NCBI RefSeq assembly: GCF_009914755.1 | Contig: NC_060926.1 | Source of the DNA: the human T2T-CHM13v2.0 reference genome, Homo sapiens | Direction: 5' to 3' (one strand) | Length of the DNA stretch: 64,000 bases | Shown here: positions 28,790 through 41,795 of the stretch, one piece after another | How positions within the stretch are numbered: the stretch's first letter is position 1 | Layout: every line of letters starts with the position of its first letter | Position numbers and translations under genes: made by a program | The notes under the pieces: model-generated | The model's database searches: none | What the model saw: the letters and a program-made list of their open reading frames with translations, nothing else | What the model was told of the DNA's origin: nothing

Positions 28790-29450
28790 CAGCCTGGTGC
28801 CAGTGCCCCCCCAGCAGGTACCCTGTCCCCCAGGCCTGGCGCCCCCACCTAGCAGGCATCCTCTCCCCCAGTCTGGTGCCCCCACCCAGCAGACACACTG
28901 GCTCCCATCCTGTTTCCCCCCAGCAGGCACCCTGTGACCCTCAGAATGGAACCCCACCCAGCAGGCACTGTCCCCCAGCCTGATGCCCCACCCAGCAGAC
29001 ACGCCGTCCCCCAGCCTGCCCCCCAAGCAGGAACACTCTCTGCCAGCTTGAAGCCCCACCCAGCAGACACACTGTCCCACAGTCTGGTGCCCCCACCCAG
29101 CAGGCACGCTGTCCCCCAGCCTGGTGCCCCACCCAGCAGACACATTGTCCCCCAGCCTGGTGCCCCCACCCAGCAGGCACCCTGTGACCCCCAGCCTGGC
29201 ACCCAGCAGACACACTGTCCCCCAGGCTGCCCCCCGAGCAGGAACACTGTCCCCCAGCTTGAAGCCCCACCCAGCAGACACACTGTCCCCCAGTCTGGTG
29301 CCCCCACCCAGCAGACACACTGGCCCCCATCCTGCCTCCCCACAGCAGGCACCCTGTGACCCCTAGAATGGAGCCCCACCCAGCAGACACATTGTCCCCC
29401 AGCCTGGCTCACCCACCCAGCAGGCACCGTGTGACCCCCAGCCTGGTGCA
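28790..29450. repeat. GC-rich complex minisatellite, ~35-37-bp units (cccccagcctggtgccccacccagcag(a/g)cacactgt)
   Basis: Roughly 18 variant units with strong C/G strand skew; it accounts for ORFs 28346..29320, 28849..29475 and others. Confidence 0.96.
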
Positions 29451-31524
29451 CCCGAGAGGCAGGAGTGGGCTGCACGGGGTCTGAGGAGGGGAAGTGAGGT
29501 GAGGTTGTGTTCTAGAAAGCTGGCCATTGGCACTGTGGAAAGCACTGAGGATGGGAAGCTTAGGTGGACCTGAAATAACTGAGGCAGCTTAAACAATGAA
29601 GAGTTTATTCGAGCCAAATTAGAGGGATGGCAGGAAAGTTTCAGGGTACCTTGAGAAACGTCCTGGAGAACAAAAGAGAGATCTGAGCCTTTAAGGAAAA
29701 GGACAAAGGAGAGGGGGTATCATAGAGGCTGTTTTCAGGATTACAGTCCACGTGTGATGGTATTTGAGGTGGTGTGGAGGCAGGGGCCTGCCTGTGACGG
29801 TCTGAAAGGGCCCTTCTGGCTGGCAGGTGTGTGGCTGGGCAGTGACTCAGCAGGAAGCAGTGATCCCTGGGGGGCCCGGAATTCTTCCTTTCAGGCCTGC
29901 CTGAGGCTCCAGCCAAAAAGCCCTCCAGGCTGCATCAGGAGCTTGAGGAGCCATCACTGCCAGGGGGTTATTATTGGTCTGTTGGAGTCTGTTGGAAGGG
30001 GATGCTCCGCTGGCGGGTGTATTTTTAAAAGTAGCCACACCTCGGAAATATGTAAGACTCTGCCCCCATGAACATCAATTAAGCCTGATAACCGATTACA
30101 GCTTCCAGCAGCCACATTCCCCTTATAGATCCATAATATGAAAATAAATTGCCTTACTGTTACATTACACCGAAAAAAAATTGAAACTGAATTTACAAAA
30201 ATTTCCAGGGAGTGAATCAATGTTCCACAGCCAGTACAAGGCATTTTCTTCCCAAAAGAAGGCCCTTCACCTCAGTTAGATAATTAATAGCTAATCACCT
30301 AGCTGTGTGTGTCACCGTGCTTGGAAAAACCCAGTGCGTTTGGGAGTTGTGAGACTCTTCCCCTCACTTTTTTGTTCCTAAAAATCACGACAGCAAGTGC
30401 AGCATTGAGGAACATGACGGATCTGAAATGAATCTGGTGTGAATCCAACGCAGTCATTTTCATGTTGTGCTCACCTCTGATTCCACAGGGCCTGATTATT
30501 CACTAGTTTTAAAACCCTTTTCATTATTTAGAAATGACAGAGTGGATTAAAGAAAAAACTGTGAGAGGGACAATTATAGGAACAGCATGAAAGTTTTAAT
30601 GAACAGTTTCCAAATCAGCACCTGGAATAAGGCATGGGCGTCTTCTTCATCGCTCATGGAAATACACAGCGGCATCATCATCTTAATAAAAAGGCCAAAA
30701 ATACATTTTAACTTCAGCCAACCTCACCTGCTTAATTATTAAATGCGGGGGTGGTTGTAAAAGCACTTAAGTCACTATTCTGGATGAGAATGTTCCTTAT
30801 TTTTAGTTCTCAAAATGTGAAGGAATTAATTCTCATTCTCATTCAAATAACTTACTGTGCCCAACATCGTGAATGAAGTAAAGAAATGCATAAATTTATC
30901 TTATTCTATCTTTTACCATTCATGTTTCTTTCGCTCTCAAATTTAGAATTGTGACCAGGTTTACAATTGTTTTATTATTTTTATTTTATACTTCTAAACT
31001 AAAATATTTACTCCTAAATACATACCAGATATATATCTAAACAATCATGTATTAGTATGTAGAAGTGTATAATAAATAACTACAAATAACAAGGTTTTTG
31101 AGAAAAAATAAAATCTACAAAAAGTAGATATCCAAATGTGACTTAAAACTCACCATAGCTTTTTGAAAACCTCCATAATCCCTCACAGTAGTTGTTCTCC
31201 CTGGGTTGCTTTTAATTATGCAGAGGGTGGCGATTTGAATGGCCACCACATTTGAGTTGCAACACAGATACAGCCACGGTTCATGAAGAGATGTCTCAGT
31301 GATAGTGTGAATTAAAAAAAAAAAAAAAAAAACCTAGTGGAAAGGAAGGCATCACAGAAGTTGGCCAGTACTTAGAGGTGGAAATGAGACATTGCTGTCG
31401 TGCATTTATAAGTGGAGATCAGCCCTCACATGGGCTTGGAGTTCAACTTTGCTTTGTGTAGAATAACAGTCTCCCAGCTGGTAAAATAACACGAAGTTAT
31501 TCTCCGGCCATTGGCAGCTGCGGG

Positions 31525-32420
31525 GGGTACTGACAGAAGTAAATGTAAAAATAACCCTAAATATCTCATATTTTGGGTGCTCTTATAAATGGTAATTTTT
31601 TTAAAAGTTACAATTTCCAATCACTTGTTGCTATTACGTAAAAACTCAACTTATTTTTAGGTATTGGCTGAGTGTCCTGAAAACTTGCTAAACTAATGTA
31701 CTTATCTTAGTAGCTTTTTCCTAAATTCCCTGTGATTCTCTGCGTAGACAAGCATGTCTTCTGAATGGAGGCAGCTGTTGGTCTTTTTCTCCCGGCCTCA
31801 TTACCCTGGGCAGGACGTCCGGCGTGAGGCTCCTGGGAGGGAGACGGACTGCAGGGAACCCCTCCATCCCATGCTACGTGGGACGCTGGCTCTAGGGTTT
31901 TCATCAAGGCCCTGGAGGAGCTTGAGGAAGCTCCCTCGTTCTAGTCCTTGTTTGCTAGCACCTGTTTGTTTTTTGAGTCAGTGTTTGATTTTGTGAAATG
32001 TGTTTTCTGCATGTACTGAGGTAGTCACGGGTTTCTCTTTCTGTAAACAGGACAAATCCATCAATGTCACCTGAATGTTCAACCAAGCGAGGAGCTGTGT
32101 TCCCTGCTGGATCGAAACCTGTGGTTATGAGCCCAGCATCTGTGTTCACGAAGGCTGCTGCGCAGCCGCTCTTGCCTCTGGGTTTGGTATCGGGGTGATG
32201 CTGGCTGGATTGCATAAGTGGGGGAATGGTCCTTCTCCTTGAGTTTGTGAAGGAATTCATGGGGCATGGGCATCATTTCATTCCTATCTTGGCAGGAGTC
32301 ACAGCAGAGCCCTCCGGGCTGAGTTTCTTTGTGGAAACCCTTCCCCATCCCGGACGCTTCCCAGCTGGGCCTCGGGCCACCACGGCTGTGGCTCTGGCCT
32401 CCCCAGTGTCCTCCTGAAAC
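31525..32420 (-). mobile_element. Old L1M ORF2 fragment, strongly diverged
   Basis: Minus-strand ORFs keep L1 RT remnants: MRYLG, KKLSPEGSAVTPAKIGMK (compare [15 protein letters not shown]) and QPASPRYQTQ. Confidence 0.7.
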
Positions 32421-35400
32421 TCCTTCTGAGTGGTGTCTGGACGTCGACGGTGCCTCATCTGTCCGGACATCACGGCCCTGCGTGTCCTGTCCCAAATCTC
32501 CCCAGCCCGCAGCCCTGCTCCCCGGCACTGGAAGGCAGTTCAGGGCTGTCTTGCTGTTTCCTGGAGGTGGCTGTGAAAGGTCTGAAGTAAGTGTTCTCAG
32601 CCCTGCGGTCAGTTGGGCCCTTCCTCGGCTGTCTCAGGTGGGAATGGGAGGCAGGGAAGACCCATGGTCTCTAAAAGTCTGTCAGTTCCTGGGAGGGCCC
32701 AACGCTGGGCTCACGAACCTGACCTCTGGGACATGGCCTTTCTCTGTGTGCTCTGGGCCGTCTGGAGTGGGAACGGTCCACTCTTCATGAGCAACAGCAT
32801 ATGGTGCTTATCCAGGTATGCACAGAGGCCGAGTGCTCCCTGGTAGGTGGTCCCAGGAGCCCCTGACTGTGTCAGGCTGCAGAGGTGGATGTGGCTCCCA
32901 TCCCTAAACCAACTGAGGCTGCCAGCTCCACCCTCTACCCTGTACAGTGGATCAGGACACCTGCCTGGGCCATCCCACGTCATGGCCTGGAGAATGAGAC
33001 CACATCTGGTCATCACAGGCAGCTCAGTCTGCAGGTCGCCAGACAGCCCGCAGCCAGCACCCAGGTTTAGGGGGCCCAGGGGGCCATGGGGGCTGACACA
33101 GGACAGGCAGCATCTGCCCCAAAAGGCGACGCTGACTCTGGGCTTGCCGAATCCATGTGGGGCAACTGAGACCCCCAGAGATTCCCCACAGAGCCCTGAT
33201 CACAGGGATACATCAGCCAGCACCTTCTGACCTCCTGGGCCCCACAGGCTGAGGGGGACAGCAGGCATCCTGCAGCCACAGGACAGCCTTGGGTGAAGCT
33301 GGGCATCCACAAATCACCCGATAAAGGGTAGGAGTGACCCCGAGTGCAGTGTGCACACCAGGGTCCAGGATCCTGCTAAGGCTGCTGTGTTTCCTCTGCA
33401 GAGACATAAACACGATGACGTGCTGGGCTCAGCAGAAGGCTGCCGCCCTCCTGTGTCCAGGACCACAGGACTCCGAAGGCCCCGTGTGTCCTCCTGGGGC
33501 CTTAGGGAACTTGGCAGGGCTGCCCACTGGCTCTGTCGGCACGAGGCCTTCAGAATTACAAACTTTGGAAGAATTTCTCAAGCTATCAGAACAACCGAGG
33601 TCCCTGTGCACGGCTCTGTGGACGTGAGTTGGTCCTGCAACAGGCAACAGTGCATTTGCTGGTGAGGGGAGCCCAGCAAGGGCAGGAGTGGCGTCAGTCT
33701 GTCCAGTTACAAAACATAGCAATGGGACAAGATCCAGTAGGCCCCGTGTTTGCCAGTAGACACTCACTCTCTTCCACAACCCGAGCAGGCACCACGCAGG
33801 GGAGAGCCGAGGGGTGTGGAATGGACCCCACCTGCACTCACCCCCATGCCCATGGCCAGTTCCTCTTTTTGCTTCAGGAAAACGTCGTTTTCCCCTGGAA
33901 ACCAGCGTTTGATTCACCGACTCGCACAGTAGGCAGCCTGGAGACGGCCGTCTTCTTAGCTGGGACACCAGGCACTCCAGGGCTTTTGTTTTCCCTCCTA
34001 TGGTGTCATCATAGACACGACCTCACACTATCTGCTTATCACAGTGTAAAGCTCTTCGGAAGAACAACCTTCACATCAGCATTTGTTATGAGTGACAGGG
34101 GAGGGAGCAAAACCTCCTCCTCCAACCCATGTTTTCGCATCATTTTTCATCTGCGGAGAAACCCAAGCCATCCCCACCCCCAGGAATGTAAGGACAGAAA
34201 CTGAAGTCCTCATCATTCTGCCTCTGGTCTTCCTGTTAATAAAAAATAAGTCTGTGTTAATTAGATTTGGAAGATGAGTTTTCCATCCAGGCACTTTTCC
34301 CTGAATTATCCTCGTCCGCACGAGCGACTCTTTCCAGGGCTGGAGCTCACGGCTGGGCTGTGGCCTGTGCCGTCCCGTGGAGGTTAGAAGGTGGGCGCAG
34401 ATGTGCTCAGCTTCCTGAGAGACGTCTCATTATAACGCCGCCCCAGGCAGTAATTTGATCTTTTTTTCTTTTAAAAGATGAAATTCCGCTTTTATCCCTT
34501 TGGTTATAGTCCATAGCTCCTCTGCTTGTTAAACCTTAAGGAAAAGACTAAAATCTTTTGCCACTATTTTGTCGGTATGTATTTCAAAAAGAAAAATAAC
34601 AATATACCTATTGCATTAAAAATGTTTTGATCTGATTATAGCTACAAGGTAATAGATATTAAAGAATCTAGTGCTCTCCCATATGACAATTATAAATGGT
34701 ACATTTTCCTTATTCCAGGAAATGTTACAAAAATTTGGGAACACTAAATTAATATAATTTGCCCAAAGGTGCTTATGTCTGTCTAGAGGATGGCATAAGT
34801 TCATTGTAGTATAGATAATGCATATCATACAAATCGTGTTCAGAAACCCCTGCTAAAACCAGTCTCCTTGTTTTATGATCACATTATATGAAGGAGTAAA
34901 TGCTGTATCAGATATTCCAGGAATAAAACTTGCTTATCAAAATCACCCTACACAACACCTCAGTGTCCAAGGGAACATAAAAGGTAATGTCAAGGGTTCC
35001 CGCATATCAACATAAATGTGATTTTCAGATAAGCAATTACAGCATAGTCCACAGTAATATCCGACATTTTTATTGCTCGAATATTTTTGTAATAAGGAAA
35101 AATAGTTCAGTACAAATTTATGATATTTTTACAGTAGATTGAAACTAGTATTTTCTAAATATTTGAATTTTCCGATCGATTGATTTTATCCATTATCCTC
35201 TTCTAAAGTATCAATCCAGTGGATTTTCTAGGATCAAAAATTAGCAACAATTGTATATGTACTTTCACTATGGAGAATCTTGTGTGCACCTACAGTATAC
35301 CAGGTCATCTTAGGCAGGCATGTAGTTACAGTATTCGACACTGTGGGGTTATCTGATGACCTCGCAGACCCCGTAACGCAGGTTGACCTGTGTCTGTTTT

Positions 35401-35828
35401 CGAGGACAATGGGAGTGCTTCCTGACACTCGGCCTCATCAGCTCCATGGGGGTCAGGCCTGCCGGGACCCCTGCTGCTGGCTTCATCCTTCTCTTCGGAA
35501 GAATTCCCTTTTTCCCCTTTTCCCAGTGGAAGGCTCTGCTTTCTGCCACACTGCAGGCCACCGGAAACCCCAGCTCTCTCTGGCCCCACACAGGTCTTTG
35601 AGAAAAGGGAAAGATGAACATGGCCAAGCCGCCATCAGGTGAAGGACTGAGCCTTGTGTGCCCATCCTTGGCCTTCCCTGGTGTCACTGTTCAGCAGGGA
35701 ATGTTCTGGAGCAAAGAGGCCAGAGCAGGCGGTGCTTCCAGCAAGTGCAGCCACAGGTGAGAGACACTCACTGTTCTCATCGTGATCAACTCAACAGTGC
35801 ACAGCTCTAAATTTAAAAAAAGAGAGTC

Positions 35829-36196
35829 TACTGTGGTTTCAACGTGTGACCCTTCAAATTCATGTTGAAACTGAATCCCATTGTGGTGGCGTGAGGATGC
35901 GGGGCCCTTGGGAAGTGAAGGGATGATTGCCTTGTGCAGGGGCTGGAGGAAGGCGGCTAAGGCTGCCACAGGCCTTCCGCCTACCACCCAGTGAGGACCA
36001 GGCACCCGCCCCAAGGCCACCTTGGATACAGACAGCAGCCTTCACCAGACACCGACCCTGCCAGCAACTTGATCTTGGACTCCCAGCCTTCAGCACTGTG
36101 AAAAATAAATTTCCATTGCTTTTAAGTTACTTTCTATTACTTGTGAATTACCCAGTCTGTGGTATTTTGTTACAGCAGCACGGAGGGACAGAGACA
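35829..36196 (+). mobile_element. MST/MLT1A-family MaLR solo LTR
   Basis: aaattcatgttgaaactgaatccc ... cttgatcttggactcccagcc ... aataaa ... ggtattttgttacagcagca...gaca. Confidence 0.85.
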
Positions 36197-36412
36197 CACG
36201 CACACTCAACTCAAGCTTAGCAACTGGACTGGTGTTCCTTCTCACTTCTTAGTCACCTTTTTCCCAACAGAAACATCCTATTTCATCTCTGTATTTTATT
36301 TCTATATGGAAGAGCCTGAAAACAGTGTCTCTGCTGACATGAGCTATGTTATATTTCTTCATGAAAGTTAATATTCCCCACATTCCAAGCCAAGACTTAA
36401 AAAGTTACAATT

Positions 36413-36717
36413 GCCAGCCTTGGTGGCTCATGCCTGTAAGCTCAGCCCTTTGGGATGCTGAGGCAAGAGGATCTCTTAAGTCCAGGAGTTCAAAACCAGC
36501 CTGGGCAACATAGTGAGACCTTGTCTTTACAATTTTTTTTTTAATTAGCTGGGTGTGGTGGTGCACACTTGTAGTCCTAGCTATTCAGGGGGCTAAGGTG
36601 GAAGGGTCATTTGAGCCCAGGAGGTCGAGGCTGCAGTGAGCCATGATTGTGTCACTGCACTCCAGCCTGGGTGAGAGTGAGACTTTGTCTCAAAAAAAAA
36701 AAAAAAAAAAAAAAAAA
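36413..36717 (+). mobile_element. AluJ with long A tail
   Basis: Alu dimer; TSD-like aaaaagttacaa / aaaaagtcacag. Confidence 0.92.
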
Positions 36718-37469
36718 GTCACAGTATTAACTCTGACAGATAGGAAATTCATTTTTTAGGTCAGTAAGTTAAAGCCCTAAATGCTCCCAGATGGAATAGA
36801 TTTTGATGAAGTGTCAAGGTTTACAGATTTCTCAATATATATTTTCCAAGAATATTTTCAATTTTCTGCACAGAAAACACTTTGACTCTTGCCCTTCATT
36901 ATCAGTGACCAGAATGTTCAAGCATTTGGCATTTGTTCACGTCTTCCCCCTCTCCCATCTTTCATTTCAAGTTTTAAAATTCCCATGCACAATTCCAGGC
37001 CACACCTGAAGGTGCTCCCCCTCCAAGCCGTCCCTGTGTCGTCTCCACCCTGGCTTCCTCCCTGACACCTGCCATGTGCTGACGCCCTTGCACTAGGGCC
37101 CCAGTGTCTGCCTTCATCCCCAGCGAACCGCTGAACTCAAGAGCAGGGTGCAGGTTGCTTTTTAGCAGGGGTCCTATTAGACACCTGAATGTAGTTCACC
37201 TTATAATTCATACCCCTGGGAACCCCTTGAGTGCCATGGGCACCTTCATCCAGGAATACTTACAGGGGAGTTTAGGGAGGAACTTTAGAAAGAACCTAGG
37301 AGAGTTCCATTTTGTTTTAAAGCCAGTTGGTCAGTTTGCAAGATGCTTAGCACAGCACCGTTCTGGTGACCAAGATAGCTCTTGTTTCTGGTGCCCTTGG
37401 AGTCTTGCTTTAGTTCCAAACTATACGCTTCATCAAGTTGCAAAATAAAAGGAAAAGAGAAGACACCCG

Positions 37470-37830
37470 AAACTTCTTAAACTAACAAAAATTTGAATTC
37501 AGAGTATGTAAAGAATACCTACAAATCAATAAAAGATGAAATAAAAACTGATGCAAAGTGGGCAAGAATTGCAAACTGTCACTCCAAAGACCAAAATTCA
37601 TATGAATCATTAATAATCAGAAAATGTAAATGAAAAGCTTGATGAGATGCCTTTTATATCTAATACTGCAGCACTGCAAGGTCTGCCGATGCCAGGCAGT
37701 GTTGAATAGACTTTGTGGAGGGACAGCCCAGGTTGGTAAGCCAACATGATGCAGCCACCTTGGAGGCTATTTGGAATTGCCTGGAAATGAGCGGAATAGG
37801 CCAGGTAGTGACCATCAATCCACGCCTGGG
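37470..37830 (+). mobile_element. Ancient L1ME-like fragment
   Basis: cagagtatgtaaagaatacctacaaatcaataa...aagtgggcaaga is L1 ORF2 C-terminal-like DNA. Confidence 0.5.
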
Positions 37831-38139
37831 CATGAGCTCCGGCACATTCTCTGCAGAGCGTGCCTGTCTCTTCTCAGACAGGATCCACCTCTGCCATGCT
37901 CTGGCCCAGGGAGGTGGTCTCTGGGGCCCATGACCTTAGCTGGTTGGCTGCTGGACCCCAGGCCCATTGGAAGGGAGGCCGGTGGGCAGAAGGGAGCCGG
38001 GGTGGAACAGTGTGGATGCTGTCCTATCCTAGAGCCGCATCCTTGCAGTCACTTTGGGATCAACACATACAACACAGAGCACCTGCTAAGCTCTCATGTC
38101 ATATCAACAGCACCTTCTGTTCTAGTATAAATAGCTGCT

Positions 38140-38238
38140 GAGAACTGGATGGGACCTACTTAAAACGGGGGACTGTTTATCTGAAGTTTAAATTTAGGTG
38201 GGCATCCTGTATTTTTATTTGGCAAATCCAGCAATCCC
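38140..38238. mobile_element. MER53-like DNA transposon fragment
   Basis: tttatctgaagtttaaatttaggtgggcatcctgtatttttatttggcaaatccagcaatcc. Confidence 0.6.
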
Positions 38239-39251
38239 GGCTGCTACCCACTCTCTGAACTCCCAGAACAACTCATTTCTTACCTGGTATTCTAGTTGCT
38301 TACACGAATTCTGTCACAAGCAAGCAATTTAAGTCCCATCTTTTACCATTACAGAGGCTGAGAAGATGAGTCTACGGGATGGGGACACATTGCCTTCCGC
38401 AAGTTCTTTTTTTCTGTGCTTATTCACTGTGCAGGGCAAAAACGCTTTAGAAGAGAATGTGTGTTGAGCCCAATTTTCACAAAAGATAAATGGACACATA
38501 AATGATGGAAGAATCCATTCCATTTTTATAAAAATAATACAGGGTTTAAAATCACAGTGAAGGTTTGGAAACCCTCACTGTTGCTTGCAACTGAGAATTT
38601 CAGCAAGAGACTGAAAGTGTGATGTGTTATTTAATTTTGGGCTTGCTTGAGAGAAGTTAACAAAATAACCATAAATAAGAACCTATCACATCTCAGGGCT
38701 AATAATGGCTAATAGAATAAATGAAATATATACTTAATATGGCAACTTAACAAGTATTGACTCATTTGAAAGTGCTGATATCATGCAGGCAATGCTCTTG
38801 GGCCACAATTGATTTAAATTGGAAATTAACAACAGAAGGAAATTTGAGAAATCCAAAAGTATTTATAAATTAAACAACACATTTCTAAATAATTCATGAG
38901 TCAAAAGAGAAATTACAAGGGAAATTAGAAAGTATGCTTTTCTAAATGACAATAAAATCAACACATCAAAAGTTATGGGACAAGCTAAAGCAGTGCTTAG
39001 AGGAAATTTTATAGCTTTAAATGCCTCCATGAAAAGATAACAAAGATCTGAAGTCAATAATCTGAGCTTCTGCACTGAAAACCTAGAAAAAGAAAAGCAA
39101 ATTAAACTGAAGACAGGCCAATAAAAGAAACACTAAAGATTAAAGAATTAATGAAATAGAAAAATAGAGAAAATTTGAGGGAACCAAAAGTTCATGCTTT
39201 GAAAAGATCAACAAAATTGATAAGCCTTTAGCTTGAAGAAAAAAAAAGACA

Positions 39252-39555
39252 GGCCAGGCGTGGTGGCTCATGCCTGTAATCCCAGCACTTTGGGGGGTGG
39301 AAGTGGGCATATCCCGAGGTCAGGATTTTGAGAGCAGCCTGACCAACATGGTGAAACCCTGTCTCTACTAAAAATACAAGAAAATTAGCTGGGCATGGTG
39401 GCGCGTGCCTATAATCCCAGCTACTCAGGAGGCTAAAGCAGGAGAATCGCTTGAACTCAGGAGGCAGAGGTTGCAGTGAGCCGAGATTGGGCCACCGCAC
39501 TCCAGCCTGGGCGACAGAGCAAGACTCTGTCAAACGAAACAAAACAAAACAAACG
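39252..39555 (+). mobile_element. AluS with (CAAAA)n tail
   Basis: Full dimer; flanks aaaaaaaagaca / aaaaaaaaggca look like a TSD. Confidence 0.95.
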
Positions 39556-39961
39556 AAAAAAAAAGGCAGAGAAGAGAAGACACAGATAGTGAAATTTATG
39601 AATGAAAGAGGAGACATTACCGGTGACTCCTCTGAAATTAAAAATTACAAAAGAATTCTCTGAACAACATTTTGGGAATAAATTCTACGACATTGATATA
39701 GTTGTCAAATTTCTAGAAAGGAACAAATTAGCAAAATGACTCCAGATATAATAGAAAATCTGAATAAATGTATAGCAAGTAAAGAAGTTGAATGAAGAAT
39801 TAAAAATCTTCAGACAAAGAAAAATTCAGGCCCAGATGGTCTCACCCAGATAGTAATTTTTTATCAAATATTTAAACATGTAATATCAATATCTCACAAA
39901 CTCTGCCATTAAATAGAGGAGAAAAGAATGATTAACAACTCATTCTATGATTCAATGAGAC

Positions 39962-40147
39962 AAGAGAGTGTGTGTGTTGAGCCCACCTTTCACAAAAGAT
40001 AGATGGACACAGAACTGCTGAATGAACTCATTGCATTTTGTAAAAAGTAATACAGGGCTTTAAAATCAAATCAAAGGCTTGGAAATCCTCATTGTTGCTT
40101 GCAACTGAGAATTTTAGCAAGAGACTGAAAGTGTACTGTGCTGTTTA
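39962..40147 (+). repeat. Diverged direct copy of 38451-38633 inserted in the old L1
   Basis: Shared blocks tgtgtgttgagccca, tttcacaaaagata, tgttgcttgcaactgagaattt and agcaagagactgaaagtgt. Confidence 0.92.
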
Positions 40148-41020
40148 CCTGTCTATCACCCTGATGGACACCTGTCTATCACCCTGATAGAAAAGCCAAA
40201 GGCATAGCAAGAAAGAAAACTGCAGACCAATATCTCTCATACATAAATGGAAAAGCTCTTGACAAAATATTAGCAAACTAAAGCCACATCACATTACAAC
40301 AAGGCTAAACACTATGATCAAGAGGGATTTGTCCCAGAGAAAAGAGGTTGGTTTAACATTCAAAAATCAATGTAAAGCATCCTATTTGTACAAAAACCAC
40401 ATAATCATTTCAATAGATGCAGAAAAAGCACCGAACAAAATTCAATACACTTTCATGACAAAAGCACTCCACAAACTAGGAATCTAATAAACTAAAAACC
40501 GATAAAGAAAATGTAAATACAATCCCCAAGCCGACACCAGGCTAAATGGAGGGGGACGGACCACATCCCTCTGAGTTCAGCAAAAAGGCAAGGACATCTC
40601 CTCTCATCTCCTTTCCAACCTGGTACACCCTGTGCGAACAGGGCAAAAAGACGCCCACATTGGAAGAAAGAAATACACTATTTGCATTTGGAGATGTCAG
40701 AGTCTGCACGTAAAAAATCCTGAGGAATCCACAAACAACTATTAAAACTAATTTTTGAAAGCACAGCAAGTTTACAGAATACAAATTAATATGAAATCAA
40801 TTGTATTTCCATATGTAAGCAATGAACAACCTGAAAAGGCAATTAAGAATGCAATTTTATTCATATCATCCAAAATTATGAAATACGTAGGAATAAATTT
40901 AACAAAAGTAGTGCAAGTCACGTGCATTGTAAATTAGAAAATGTTACTAATAGGAATTAAAGTGGCTTTAAAGATATGGAGAGACATTTTCTGTTCATGG
41001 ATTGTGAGACTTAACATTGA

Positions 41021-41463
41021 TTTAATGTGCAAAATAATGCCCCACCCCACAAGATAACATGTTCAAATCCCAGACACCTTTGAATATGTTACTTGGCAAA
41101 AATTGGCATTGCAGGTGTGCTGAAGGATTTTGAGTGATGAGATTCTCCTGCATTGCCTGGGCCAGTCTAGTGTCATCATGTGGATCCCTGTGGGAAAAAG
41201 CGGGAGGTGGGAGAGCTACAGGAAGGAAGGCAGAGGGAAGGGCCACTGGCTGAAGAAGTCAGGTGCCTCTAGAACATGGAAAATGCCAGGAAAAAGACTT
41301 CTGGGGCCTGTGGAAGGAATACAACCCTGCCAGCACCTTCATCTTAGCCTGGTGAAACCAACTTTGGACTTCTGACTTCCAGAGCTGTGAGGTAATAAAT
41401 CTGTGCTAATTTTAGCCATTAAATTTGTGGTAATTTCTTACATCAACAATAGAAAGCTAATCA
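41021..41463 (+). mobile_element. MLT1C/D-like MaLR LTR
   Basis: aataatgcccc...tgaatatgttac ... ttggacttctgacttccaga ... aataaa ... tttgtggtaatttcttacatcaacaatagaaagctaat. Confidence 0.85.
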
Positions 41464-41795
41464 AGAAGACAATTCTCTCCAAATTGATATGGATTCAATG
41501 CACTCTCCATCAAAATTCCATACAGCTTTTTAAAGAAATTGACAACCTTATCCTAATATTTTTATGAAAATGAAAAATGCCAAGAATAACCAAATCAATT
41601 TTGAAAAAAAAATAGATAAAAGACTTTAACTTCCTGATTTTGAAGCATACTAGGAAATGGCAGCTATCAGGACATGTGGCACCAGCGTGAAGATACATGT
41701 AGAGACCAGGGAACAGATGAGAGTCCAGGAATAAATCCCAACATTTACTGTCAATTGATTTTCTCAAAGGTGAGATTAAAAATTTGTCAAAACAT

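Noticed and set aside
28346-29475. Long overlapping ORFs (324, 208, 149 and 141 aa) rich in G/W/C/P
   Set aside because: They are translations of the GC-rich minisatellite, open in several frames on both strands, with no domain signal.
32079-34204. Cluster of 100-190-aa ORFs in GC-rich DNA
   Set aside because: They overlap on both strands without homology or a consistent frame, as expected from the low stop density at high GC.
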